Made by a program: the position numbers and the translations under genes. From Phyllosticta citribraziliensis (taxonomy: Eukaryota), in the NCBI RefSeq assembly GCF_038025025.1, contig NW_027117342.1, positions 124,001 to 188,000 on the forward strand: 64,000 nucleotides of DNA. The letters are read 5' to 3'. The notes under the pieces were generated by a model. That model saw nothing but the letters and a program-made list of their open reading frames with translations. It was not told the DNA's origin and ran no database searches. Shown here piece after piece: positions 1 through 12,240 of the stretch; positions within the stretch are counted from its first letter, which is position 1; the number at the start of each line of letters is the position of its first letter.

Positions 1-2878
1 TTGCAGGCACAGCAAAAATGGCGACAATGACTCCTCCCAACTGCGCTGGCGGCTTGGCGCAGGCCAGTTGCTCCATCGGTTCTACATCACGACGACAGAG
101 GAGACTTTGGGCTGAGACTACCTGCCCGGCTGGGGTGGCGGCTTGCTTGGCTGAAGGGTTTAGGTCCTCGTCCTCATCCGCCCGTCATGATGGCAGAGAA
201 AACCACCCACAGCAACAGCCAGCCTGGCCCCGGGTCGAAACCTAGCATCGCCACCACCAGCACCGCTCCAACTGCGCCCACACAAGCAGCATCAGAAGAC
301 CTCAATCCAGCCCGCTCACAGTTCCGGAAACAACGCGCTGGTCGCACTTGGTTCGAGGTCGAGCCGCGGGTCTTCTCGCTGAGCCGACACATCTTTTTGT
401 CAAGGCTCCCAATACGGTCGGCCAGGCGGCCACAGACGCATCCTCAGAGAGGCTGCAGCAGAACCTTTTGCTCGCCCGCACCGGTGACATTTCATAGGTC
501 CAGGTTGACTGGGATATACGTCAACAGCCGATCAACATCCTCCTCGAGGCGCACAAAAACCCCCGATCGCGAGTATGCAGACGCCGTCGAAAGAGGCCTA
601 GCCAAGAATACTGGATGAGTTGGTGGGCCGTGGTGTCACTCCAAGCGTGCCAGGAGCTGGCGTGCTTGTCGTTAGAAAAGGATGATGAATGGCATGTGGT
701 CCAGCCAGCCGCAAAACGAGATACGACGCTTCATCGCGCCGGCGTACTCCCATAGAAACCCCTGCTTCCTAGGTAGGTCTCCCATCGGTCAGCCCTCTGG
801 TCTCGTTCGTCCTTCTCAGCATCCCACCTCTGCATCGGCAGGTCCCATCTACGCTTCCACCACCACATATTCCTCCCATTCTATCCCAATTACAGCCTCT
901 GCCGCTTTGCTGCTGCTGCTGCTACCGACGCTTCCACAGCCGCAACTACCACCGCGAGCTACCAGCGCAAGAGACTGCGCCGCAGCAAGAAACAGAGGTT
1001 TCTGGGGCGTTCGGAGCCTCAGAAGCTTCAGCAACGGCGTTTCCACGCGCCATATCGTCTTTTGGGGCCACGGAGATGGATATCCGCGACGGGGACAAGG
1101 GAGCGTGGGAAGAGACAGCGCCTGCCAATGTCAACCGTTAGGCCTTCAGCAACGATTCTCAGTTGATATTCATGAGGTGGAGGACGAAGGCTGTGGCGGA
1201 ACTTGTTACCAGTCCCTATCTCTTCCTTTCTTTCCTTTTCCCGTTTCAGTTCTACTCCACAAATTCTATGCATGCGGGGGCAAACCCCTGCTTAGCGCAG
1301 CTACAGACGCAAACATCCTTCATTTCCTGTGCATGGATCATCATGATGTGGACGCTCAGAGTTACTGCTTTTGGCCACTTGACAAAAAAGAAAGAAGCGG
1401 CGGCCCCGCTTGCGCCTCATTCGCCTTAAAAACAAATTCCATTAGACTTGTCATTAATTGTTTGATGGGGAAAGAAAAGAGAAAGGAGAAATGATACATA
1501 TAGCAGTCTTCACCTCCTCACCTGGCGACCATCCTGTTCCTCAACCGCTCAGATTGAAGACGCGGACTCAAAATGCCGCGACACACCCAGCACCTGCAGT
1601 TTGCCAAGGGCAGCACACGTTCAAGGGTATTCACCACCAAAACAACTTGCAAGTTAGACGAAAGCTAAGCATAAACACAACAGCAAAGCCGCTCTCAACC
1701 TTACAAAGCACCCATCATTAATCCATGGATTCCGTTGTACAACCCAGCAATTTCCCACCAGCCCCATTGCGCATGCGCCCACTGCTACTGGGAGTGGCTT
1801 TCAACAACGCAAACGCCGCACAAGATGCTTGGACGACTGGGGAGCCCGTTCAGCGTCGCAGCAGACACGCGCGGGACGCGCCCAAGGTCGCGCCGCCTGA
1901 TGCACCGCGGAGACGGCTACGCCAACGCCTTTGCCTGGACCGTGCGGTCTGCCATGCGGCTGGAAACCATCACGACTGACGTGCCCCTTGTGCATCCCCC
2001 GTCGGCCATGCACTACTCCTTTTCCGCCGATGTCCCGCCTCCTGCTGCGGATTACGCGCCGGCTGTCCTAAGGGATCCGAGAGTTGAGCTTGTCAGGCTC
2101 GGCTTCTAGCCGATACTGGAACTCGACGGAGTAACTCTTCGCGGCTTTTGATTGATGCTCGTGTGCAGAGACTTTTCGAGGGTGGATGATGGGAGGAAGA
2201 TGGAATTTAATGTGTCGCTTGTCGATTGTGGTGACAGACCCGTGTAAAGCCAAATCCCTTGTGTCTGTTTTTTTCATTGCCAGAGGGCTTGGATGGAGAC
2301 GGATGATGGAGCGCCGTGGGAAAGGTGGGAGGTGTCCGGGCGCATTGGAAAAGGAGGGTCGCAAGTTGGATGAGGCCACGCTCGGCACCGCGAAAGAACA
2401 GCCAGGTAGAGATCGAGGATCGTCATGGATGGACCAAAAGCTTCACACGGGTTGCATGGAGGAGGCGAAGGCAGGCTGTTTCAAGGGTTGGGCGGTGTGC
2501 CCTGCTCTTTTGTCGCGACCCCGAGTCTTTCGTGAAAGAACGGCGGCGGATCAGATGGCAGTCATTCTGAGCGCGTAGACATGTGTTGTTTGACTCCTGG
2601 TATAAATGTTAACGATGCAGAGCAGCTTGCTTGACTTGCCGCCACGCCTTCTCCGACGCGCGCCTTCATTCAGGTCCTGGCCTCTATTATCTATCGCCTT
2701 GTAATCCATCGGGTCCTCTCAGAACTACGCCCACAGCTCCCATACCTGGGCAGCGACAATGAAAGGCAGGACGTGGCCATCGTCTTCCTCAAAGGCAACA
2801 TGGATGGAGGAGGCGGGAGAGGGGGTAGAGGCAGAGCCCAAACTCCGCGTCAACGACTTTGGCGCCATGAAGAGGCGG

Positions 2879-2998
2879 ATGGTGCCGGAGCTGCAGGACC
2901 TTCGCCGCCTCCGCCATAAAGAAGCATATGATGCCGGAGCTGCAGGACCTCAAGCCGACGACTTCGAAGCAAATAATGACGCCAGAGCTGACGGACCT
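2879..2998 (+). repeat. Three degenerate copies of a ~48-bp unit
   Basis: ATGGTGCCGGAGCTGCAGGACCT at 2879, ATGATGCCGGAGCTGCAGGACCT at 2928 and ATGACGCCAGAGCTGACGGACCT at 2976 (spacing 49 and 48). Each starts M(V/M/T)PEL(Q/T)DL. Confidence 0.8.
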
Positions 2999-3907
2999 CG
3001 AAGCCGAAGCGTGCTCCGTCTTTACAGCTGTGAGGGGGGAGCCAGACGAGAGAGAGATACATCTCATGGGCCCTGGCGTCAACGTGTCAAAGGACATGCT
3101 CCATCCTCTATCGTGACAGGCGCACGCACGGTAATAGACACAGAGGTTGTTGCGGCTGTCGTTGGCATACGGAGCGACGTCGAGCAAAGGCGAAACACGG
3201 TAGGCGTCGTGGCCAATCCAAAGAATCAATCTTGTTCCATCTCTTCCTCTGTCCTCACTGTGCTATCCAAGCACAGCTCATGTACCCTCGACCTCCAACT
3301 GTATTTGTGTATTCCCCTCGGGCTGCGGCAGCATGTTTGACGGACGAGATGGTGGGGTTGGACGGATCGAGCGAAAAGCGACAGCACACGAGGCGGTAGA
3401 TTGCAAGACGCGAGAGACGGGTGGCGTTGCCGGAGGCGCAAGCAAGCGTGGATTCAGGCGCGTTCACAGCTTCTGGTGGGTGTGGAGAGTTGGGATGGAG
3501 ATAGTTGCGAGAGTCGCGTCGAGGGGCGGGGATGATGGGTGGACAGCCGGGGTCGGCCGCGCCGACGCGCCAAACCCAAAGGGGTAAGGTAAGCTCGTCG
3601 CCGGTGGTACCGTCAACACCAACGAACGAGACGATCCAATAATCTTGAATATTCAACAACCCACACCATTGATCATGCGAAGAGACTGGCGCCGACTCTT
3701 TCCGCCTTCGACGCGAAACGCCTCGTGTGGCCTCGTGGGAAGGGATTTCCTGGGGGCAAGCTGGCCGACTGCCTGGTTCCGCACAAGACCCAGCTAGCTA
3801 GGTGCAGCAAACAATGACGCAGCAAACAACGACTCCTTCGCCAGTACCTCCTCCGTTCTTCACGCCAAACCAGATCGTTGCAGATCCATCAACCGCCATC
3901 CTACTCG

Positions 3908-4789
3908 ATGCCTCCCCACGACCAGGCCGCAGCGCCATCACCGCTGCTGCCGCCAGCATGGGCAGATGCTATTTTCACCGACGCTTTCCTCGCAAAGTAT
4001 GCGCGAGACGACGGTGACGGCGCAGACGACGTGGTGGATTTGGCGACTGGCGATCTGGTGCAAGACCACGGGTACCTTGCAGGCATGGAAGATTACCCGG
4101 AGGAGGGGCCGTTCGCCGCTCTGGCTTGGGATGACGCTTGCAGTCAAGATGAAACCCCGCAGGAAAGGATGGACGACACGCTGGAGGCAGAGGAGGGCGA
4201 AGAGGACGACGAGGAGGACGAGGAGAGGATGGACAGTCATGTCGAGGCAGAAGAAGAGGACAAGCACGAGTAAGTTCACCAAGGGTCGATTGTTGTTGAC
4301 ATGCTTCATACTCACTCTTCCGAATCAAGGACAACAACAAATGTGCCGATTCGGCCCGCCATCACGACAACAACCAAGGAAGGCATCGAACCCATCGACG
4401 CCAGCGCCCTGAAATTTGGCAATTGGACCCCCGAGGAGGACGCGAGGATGAAAGAGCTGCGGGACAAGAAGGTGCCGTGGGCAGAGATTGTTCCAGCGCA
4501 CATGCCCGGGCGCACGCTGCAAGCAGCGAGGCAACGATTCTACGACGTCCAGAAGGGTCGCTCGGCCACCGGTGGCGACAGTCAATCATACCGAAGATGG
4601 ACCCAGGCCGAAAAGGACCACCTCCTGGGCCAACGCCGCAAAGGATTCAAGTTCAAAGGCATTGCGGAAGAGCTGGGAGTTTCTGAGGCAATGGCCATTA
4701 CCCAGTACAACCGGCTGGTGAAGAAGCTGAACGATGATGATGATAATGATGATGATGATGAGGAGGACGGAGAGGACGAGCTTGCTTAG
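3908..4789 (+). CDS. Myb/SANT-like two-repeat protein with acidic N- and C-terminal tracts
   Basis: Exon 1 is 3908-4269, the intron is 4270-4329 (GTAAGT...AAG) and exon 2 is 4330-4789; splicing joins the two ORF frames exactly. Myb-type motifs: NWTPEEDARMKELRDKKVPWAEIV..HMPGRTLQAARQRFY and RWTQAEKDHLL..RRKGFKFKGIAEELGVSEAMAITQYNRL. The start codon is tentative. Confidence 0.75.
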
Positions 4790-5034
4790 GTAGTGGCGAG
4801 TCATATGTCTGGGTTAGTCTGCTGATACTACTACATTCAATGACATTGGGCAGATTCACACAAGAAGCTAAAGCACACACAGCGCACGTCAATCTGCATG
4901 AATTCAGTGCTTATCCCCATCTTCGACGGCCGCAAGCCTCCTCTCCTTCCTGTAGAGCTTCCCTCTCCCCTGTCGGTTTGTCTCTATCCAATCAACCAAT
5001 GTATGTTGTGCCGCTGCCGCGGACGGAATTACTG

Positions 5035-5547
5035 TTAATGGGCCTCAAACCGACCGCGGATCCGTCTCGCCAACTGCATGTCAACCTGCTTGATAGTCTG
5101 GCGACGGGCATGCTGGGCGCAGTAATTGGTGTCCTCCATCACACCGACCAGGTACGCCTCGGCCGCCTCCTGCAGCGCTTCCAACGCCTTGACCTGCCAC
5201 CGCGTCACCCCGCTGGCGCCATCCGTCATTGCTTGAGCAATCTCCCGCACCTGGTACCGTGTTGGTCAGTTGTGTGTATGTGTGTGTGGCTGTGTCTGTG
5301 GCATACTGACCAGGCGGGAGAAGGGCAGCTTGCGCAGGCAGAGGTCGGTCGACTTTTGGCATGCTTTGATTTCCCTGATGGCAACGGCACTGGACTTGCG
5401 ACGCCTGACCGGCGGCCGAGGGGTGGGGTCGCCAGCTGCGCGTGCGAACTGTGTGTCAGCAATGTGCAGTGTGTTGGCTGTGGTGTTGTCGGACATACGC
5501 TGTGAGAGGCTTCGTTTCGACGGCTTCCCGAGCTTGGATCGTGCCAT
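5035..5547 (-). CDS. Divergent histone H3 variant, CenH3-like histone fold (150 aa)
   Basis: Exon 1 is 5547-5311, the intron is 5310-5251 (GTCAGT...CTGAC...CAG) and exon 2 is 5250-5035. Spliced fold: [90 protein letters not shown], clearly H3 family. Confidence 0.9.
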
Positions 5548-8500
5548 TTTTGATTGAGTGGATGGAGGATCGAAAGAGGTTGATGAAGGTCCAAGAAACT
5601 AAATATGTAGACAATCGTCGTCGTCGCTCTCGGCCTCAGGCATGGAGCAAACAAGCCGCAGGTGCCAGCCTGTACATGTCGGTAGGTTTGTCGTTTTCTT
5701 CGTCCGTCCATCCATCTGCGTCTACCCTCACTCCCTCACTCCGTGTCACACTTCCTGTGCATTTCCTTGCCACTTCATCTTCTCGCTTGCTTGCGCGTCA
5801 TGCTCGACGCTCACACGGTCGTCGCCCCAGGCCATCATCCTCGACCGAAACGACCATGACGGCCCACCACCACCACCACCACCATACGTCTTCGCTGCCG
5901 CCGCCAGAACTCGCGCACCATCTCGCCGAACTGCAGCGCCTCATCGAGCCCGACAACGCTCGCGTCATCGAAAGTACTGCCCCAACTTCTCAGCCCGACC
6001 AAGAATGCCAAAAGGCGACTCTGGAGTACTGCCACAACCGTCGCACGCCCACACTGCTACGCCTACACCCGGCACACCACAGGAGGTCCGAAGCACTTCA
6101 GGTCCGCTTGGCGCCCGCACGGGTGCCTCGCAGACGAGCATTGCAGACCTCACCTGTCCCCGGCCAAGAAGCATCTGTACGCGCGGTACCCAGCGCCGCA
6201 GGCGCGCCAGGCCTCGTTCGGCTCTCACAATTTCCACACCAGCTCGCAGCCCATGCGGTCTACCTCACGCGGCTTCGGCTCCAGCAGTGCTTGATAGGCA
6301 GGCTTGCCTGTGTCGCATTGTGCCTCTTCTCTTCCTCATTCACGAGTGGATCTCCGGCCCCCCAGAGCTCAGCAATGGCGCCCTGCCAAAACACGCGGAG
6401 CACATCCAACCAAAGAAGATTGGCTCAAAGCACAACACTGCCCCGCAGCTGTCGCCGCTTTCGGTGAAGCTCCCCAAAGTCACCAGCGCCTCCGAGGACG
6501 CCATGTGGCGGCGAGCTGGAGCTACACGCTCGCGCTGTCGCGGCCAACAAGACAAGTGGACGCGGACACAGCAAATACGCTCGCGGCCGCACTCGACGCA
6601 CAGAGCTTCCAGCTCCGACAGACAGAGACGGCTCTCACCAGAGACGCGGGGGTTCAGAGCAGGCGCCTCTGCCAAGTGCTCGAGGCGGTGCTGCAGCAGG
6701 CGTCGGCGGAAATGGACCGCACGGGGCAGAAGACAGACTGGAATTTGAGCATACCCGCCTCGGACCGCCTTTCACAAACCTCCTAGTCGTCGTCGAGACA
6801 TGCATGCATGTTGGACGTGCTAGCAAAACGTTTCTCCGACAAGCTCTCCTCCACTTCCTTCACTGGACACTTCAACACAAACACCAGCACGACCAAGGCC
6901 ATCCCTCGTCGCCATCACTACCATCTCTATCATTGCTTTTTCATCTTCCTCCAGTAGCTGCGGCCGCGTCACGATGCCCTGTCACCCGAGATTGTGTCGA
7001 TGGCTACTTCACGGGGACAGTCTCGCTCCGGCAACCATCGCACCCCTGTCGCACTGTCACGCAGCTTCAGAGAGAAAGATGACACTGGGGAACAAACGAG
7101 ACGGACTGCACAATCAAGTTCAACAACAAGAGGGCGTACAACCTGGAAGTCTCAGTATCATCAGGTGTCGCCAAAGTACGTTGGTTTTCCAGCTGCGCCA
7201 GATTGGCCGCGTTGTGTCGACGGCTTGCAGCGTGGCTCAAGGACCGCAGCGCCTGAAGTTATGGACTTTGTGCTGTCGCCATTTGCGACTGATTGTCACA
7301 GTATCAACGCCGCCTCCTCCTCCTCCTCCTCCTCCTGCCGCCTTTTCTCAATCCATACAGCCTGAAACCCCACGACTCGGTATCGGCCGCCAGCACCACA
7401 TCGATTGAATGGACAGTGGTGGGACAACGTGTCTTGGTCAGGCCTCCGATGGATCTAAAAGCGGTGGATTGGGCGCACAACTGGTGGTGATGATGATGGT
7501 GCAGCCGGGGAATAAGAGAGGCCATGTCCGAGTCCGAGTCTTTGAATTGGCCATGACTGTCCTGGTGGTCAGTCTTCGTGTCCCAATCATGTCTCGCACA
7601 CATCCAGCTCGAAACGCCTGAAACAAATGTTCTATTTGGTCCTCCCCGTCAATGGCATATGCACGTCAAATTCTGGATTTCCCCTCGAGTACCAGCAACC
7701 CGTCCCATTCTCCAATGCTGCTGCTGGTTCCGCCCGCAAATAACCAAAGATCCATCTTGAAACCATGTCCCAATTCATCATTCCAGTACCTCGTGTCCTG
7801 CCTTCCAGACCCATAGACGACATGCCCGGCCATCTTGTGCTCTTTTTAAAGAGCCTCTGACGTGTCTACAAGCTGGAGTTGGTCGTGGCCAGCGACGCTG
7901 GTGTCGAGATTGGCCTTGAAAAGTTTTAGTGCTGTGGTTGGTCAAGACGGGATCGAGTCTGTGGACATTGATCCCTCTTCCGCATTCCGCTCTAGGCAAA
8001 CGGGAGACTTCAACCGCTGGGACTGTCATCTAATCACCACCACCGACGAAGAAATAGCAGCCGCGGCGCACTAGAATCCCTATAGGGATGATGATGGCCC
8101 GCCCACCGGCTCACTACGAAGCTTGTCTTTCCGGCCATGGGCCCACACGAATGCTGCTAAAATCGTTTGCCGTCTCTAGAAGTCGAAGCGCGTGGCTGAC
8201 GATCATCATCACGTCTCCTCGCCTCTCGAAGAAATTGCCTGGCATCTTGATGCCTGCCCGAATCCAAAACGCAGCGCATCATAATTGGACCAAAGACTGC
8301 AGCAAGCAATTCAAAAGCCGTGGCCCACCATCCCTCGGCCTACTGTCGACCAGGACGTGCGCGCTCAGCCCCTAGTTGGTCGTGAAACTCGGCCACAGCC
8401 AAGTAGAGGCCGGAAATCAAGCAGCCGGACGCCACTTTTCTCGACCTGATTCTACAGCTGCTCAAGCGAGCCCTTGAGCGTGATGACGACGCCTAAAAAA

Positions 8501-11500
8501 AAGTACTTTAGCGTCTTCATCTTCCTCGGCATGTGCGCGCGCGCAAGGTTGTCAAGGCTGAGGCTGAGACGAGGCCGAATCCAAAGGTCGACTTCCACAA
8601 AAGGACAACTTCACGAGAGTACAAGAGACTGTCTCATCATGAAGCTCCTAATTGCAGATTCCGCTGTTGCTGGTACGGCCATACAAGGCGCACCGCACTG
8701 ACAAAGGACTTGTTGCCCAAAATCCAGTCGACCAGTACAGTGCGAACACCTGCGCAGCTGGATCAATCAATGAGCGCGTGCAGACCAACGCCAACGTGGA
8801 CTTTCACAGCAAATCCATCGCCATGGTGGGCCGGCCAGGCGGCCGTCGAATTCCGAGCCGGTGCGTCGTTCGTGAGAGTTAGTTGCTGAGGCCGCGTGTG
8901 GCCGCCCGAGGACGACGAGCTTTGGTGCGACTTCGAGTTTGCGCGCGCCGCATTTATGTATCGCGACGGCCCCTTTCCAATTTTTTTTGGCCGACGCGCG
9001 AGTATCAGGCATGATGAGAGCGGTACGGCCATGGCCGGCGGGCCCGGCACGCCAGCCGACGAAGAGTCGTCAGAGGCAGCGTCCGCACTGACGGTCGCCA
9101 TGGCAGCTCGACCACTGCTGCTGCTGCTGGTGTTGATGGCGAGGAGTATGACGGCCCCATCGGTGGCGTCATGCAAGTCGAGCCCTGCCTGCTACTTAGC
9201 AGACTGACTGACTGACCTTTTGCTGCCAGGCCCGCCACGCTCGCTCAATCCGCGCTTGTCTTCGTATGACCGGGAAGAGAGTTACGGAAGATGATGCCTC
9301 CCGCGCCTGGCCTCGCTCCGGCCATAAACGCCGCGACTATGGAGCGGGAAGAGGAAATTCACCCGCAGCTGGTTGCCGAGTATGATAAAAGGGGGGAGGG
9401 GGGACGCGAAGCAGCTGCGCGCACGAGCACCTCACGCGCTTTGCCAGGAAGCTCGATCGAGTCTTAGCCACGAGCCTCCAGACGGCAGCGCGGGCTCAAC
9501 GGCACTTGGTGACTGTTGTGCACAGAAGAGTCGGGCAATCAGTGGGAGATGGGGGGTGGAGGAGGAGGAACAAGGGCTATGGATGAATATCAAATGAAAA
9601 AGCCCAGCCCGTGGCTCAAATCAAAGCATCACCACCACTACATAGAGAAAATATAATGAATTACGGCGGCACTGACGGACATCACCGCAGTACTCGACCG
9701 CGTTTCCGGTGCCCCAAGGAGGTCTTCACTGGCCCTGCAGATAATAATGGCGATGCCATCAAAGAGCTAGAACCGCTTGTCAAGCAAGACGTCGAGAGGG
9801 AGCCTGAGGATACCACCGCAGCGATCAAGATGAAGTCCAGCAAACCTGACAACAATCCAGCTCCCATGCCAAACGGAAGCCAGTAGACCCCTGGGCTGAT
9901 TATTTTGGAAATAGAGCGAAGCAAGGCTCTGAAAGTGATAATGACATTGATGTTAGGTTGGAGGACTCTAGCAATAGCAATATCAGCATCAACAGTGCGC
10001 CAGGGTCGTCCCGACTTCGTCGGCAACGCGCCTGACAGCGCCGCCGCCTCATCTCTCAAACACGGTGGCTGCTGGGAACAACGGCCGGATCGTCCCATGA
10101 GCAGGATTTGGTCAGAATAACAAGCCATGTGCACTTGTCAGCCCCCAGAACTGTGTCATCCACCTCTGTCAACCATTTTTTTCGCACCAACATGCCAAGC
10201 CGATGGTCCTGGTGCTCTCTTAACATCTCCCACGCTTCTCGTCAACCGCCGCACGCCTCTCTCGGCCTCGTTCAGTGTCTGACGGGTGCTACCATCTGCC
10301 GCCACAGCACTGTCCCCTCCTCTGCCGGGGAAACGCGCCCTCGCTTCCTTGTCGTCATCTTGTGTAGCACGCGCAACAGACTTGGAGGGAAGGCAGGCAT
10401 GCAGTTTCCATCGGGATATCATAGCCTTGTGAGTATGAGCATAAGCAGTAGACGCATGATGGTCATGCGCGAGCTCGTAGCGCGCGCATGGCGTCAGGTG
10501 GTAGTCCAAATCATAAGGGCTTCCAGATCGAGACCGCTGTTGGCCGAGAAGGCCTGCTATTTGTAGCCGTGTTTGGGGTGACTGGGAGCCTGATGGCGCT
10601 GACGACGGCATTTGATGATGGGCTCGCTATGCCCTTGTGTCGGCAGCGTGGGTGGAGGTGGTTGTTGGTGTGGAGGTGGAGGAGCGTTCGATGGCGGCGC
10701 GGCGGCCGTTGACGACCTCGCGAGCCCCGGGCGACGTGTGCGAGAGCGCCACGCTGGCGATGGCAGTAGCAGCAGCGGCGATACCACGCGGCCGCGCTTT
10801 GCGAACAGCGCCGTTGGCATCGTGCCATGACCTCGATGGCGTGCCCCTATGAGCACCACACCTGGAGAGGGGAGCTTCGGCGGGAAGCATACCTGGGCAG
10901 CCGGAGAATGAAGTTGGGCCGGACATGCAAAGAGAACTTGAAGGGGAGGTGTACCTAGAGCTGACCTGTCCGGCGATTCCAATAGACCGTCGGCGGCTTT
11001 TGCGGCGGTGCTTTACGTCTTGCGCATTCAGCGCCCCAAGTCCCCAGTGGTCGGGAATTGTGCGGTGGAGCCGATAGCAGCGTTGAGGCGTTTGAGCAGG
11101 CGCTGGGTGGCGCGGAGCAGAGAGAGTACGGCGGGACCGGAGACATTGGAGGACTTGGCGAGACTTGAGGGTGGTGGGTCGTGAATTGAAAGTGAGAGGG
11201 ATGAAGTTCGAGTCGTCAAGCGTCCAGGAATGCGCCCGCCGGCGGGGCCTGATGGACTGACGGTGACGTTGTCTGACCTGATCAGGACCACCCTGCCGTA
11301 GATGGGACTCCCCTCGTCTACTCCACTGCATGGCAGGGAGTCGAATGATTTGCGTCTCTAGCTAGACCAGCTCCTCGGTCGCCGCCGCGTCCAGAGTCTC
11401 CTGGCAACGATGCGGTTGGATGCGGTAGCGACATTGGGCGGATTTTGCGTCGGTCAGGAGCCGCAGGTTGGCCCACAAGGCCGCGGCGTCCGAAGCACCA

Positions 11501-12145
11501 AAGACGTGCCACGCTGGGGCGATGTTGTCGACAAACGCGTTTTCCTCGTTTGGATCATGGAACCTTGGTGGGTAGTCGATCCTCGACAGTTGTTTCCGGC
11601 GGGGACGAGCGGGCAAGATGAAGCCGCCGCAGCCAAGGCCGGCACGATCTAGAAGACGGTTGGAAGTTGTTCACGTCGTTCTTCTGGCCAACATTAGTAT
11701 CCAGCAGCAGCAGGAGCAGGGACGAGACGAACAGAGGAGAGGAGAGGTAAGCGCCAGATGAGAAGGTTGAGAGGCTCGGCGGTGGTTGAGGAGCATCTCT
11801 TCTCGTTGTCGGCAGCCACCGAGAGGCAGATGTTTGTCGGTATTGGCTGAGAAAGGCAAGATGGATGGGTCGAGCGGGTCGAAGGCGACGAGGCGGGGGA
11901 GACGGAGGGAGTGACGAGCTGGCGACCTGGGCTTTCCTCCTCTTCCTCTTCCTCTTCTTCTTCTTCTTCCTCCTCTCCTCTTCTTCCTCCATCATCAATC
12001 ACAACATCCGCTGACGCTCTTCTTTCATCGCATCCACCTCACCATCACTTGTCTGATTCTACCGGTACGCCAAAGCACAACGGCTACTCCTACAACCCAC
12101 GACATGGTGCAGCAACGAGAACAAGCACCCTCACCCGCTGGGTGC

Positions 12146-12240
12146 GTTCGATGGAGTCGACGGCCGCAATGTTCAGATTCTTCGCCTCGCCCGTTCCATG
12201 GGGTCGACGGCCGCAATGTTCAGATTCTTTACTTCGCCCG
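12146..12240 (+). repeat. 47-bp tandem duplication
   Basis: GTCGACGGCCGCAATGTTCAGATTCTT is identical at 12156 and 12203, with similar flanks. Confidence 0.85.

Noticed and set aside
7860..11750. Protein-like fragments on both strands (e.g. WPPEDDELWCDFEFARAAFMYRDGPF; FHDPNEENAFVDNIAPAWHVFG)
   Set aside because: Probably decayed genes, but I could not assign a family or consistent structure, so they are not listed as features.
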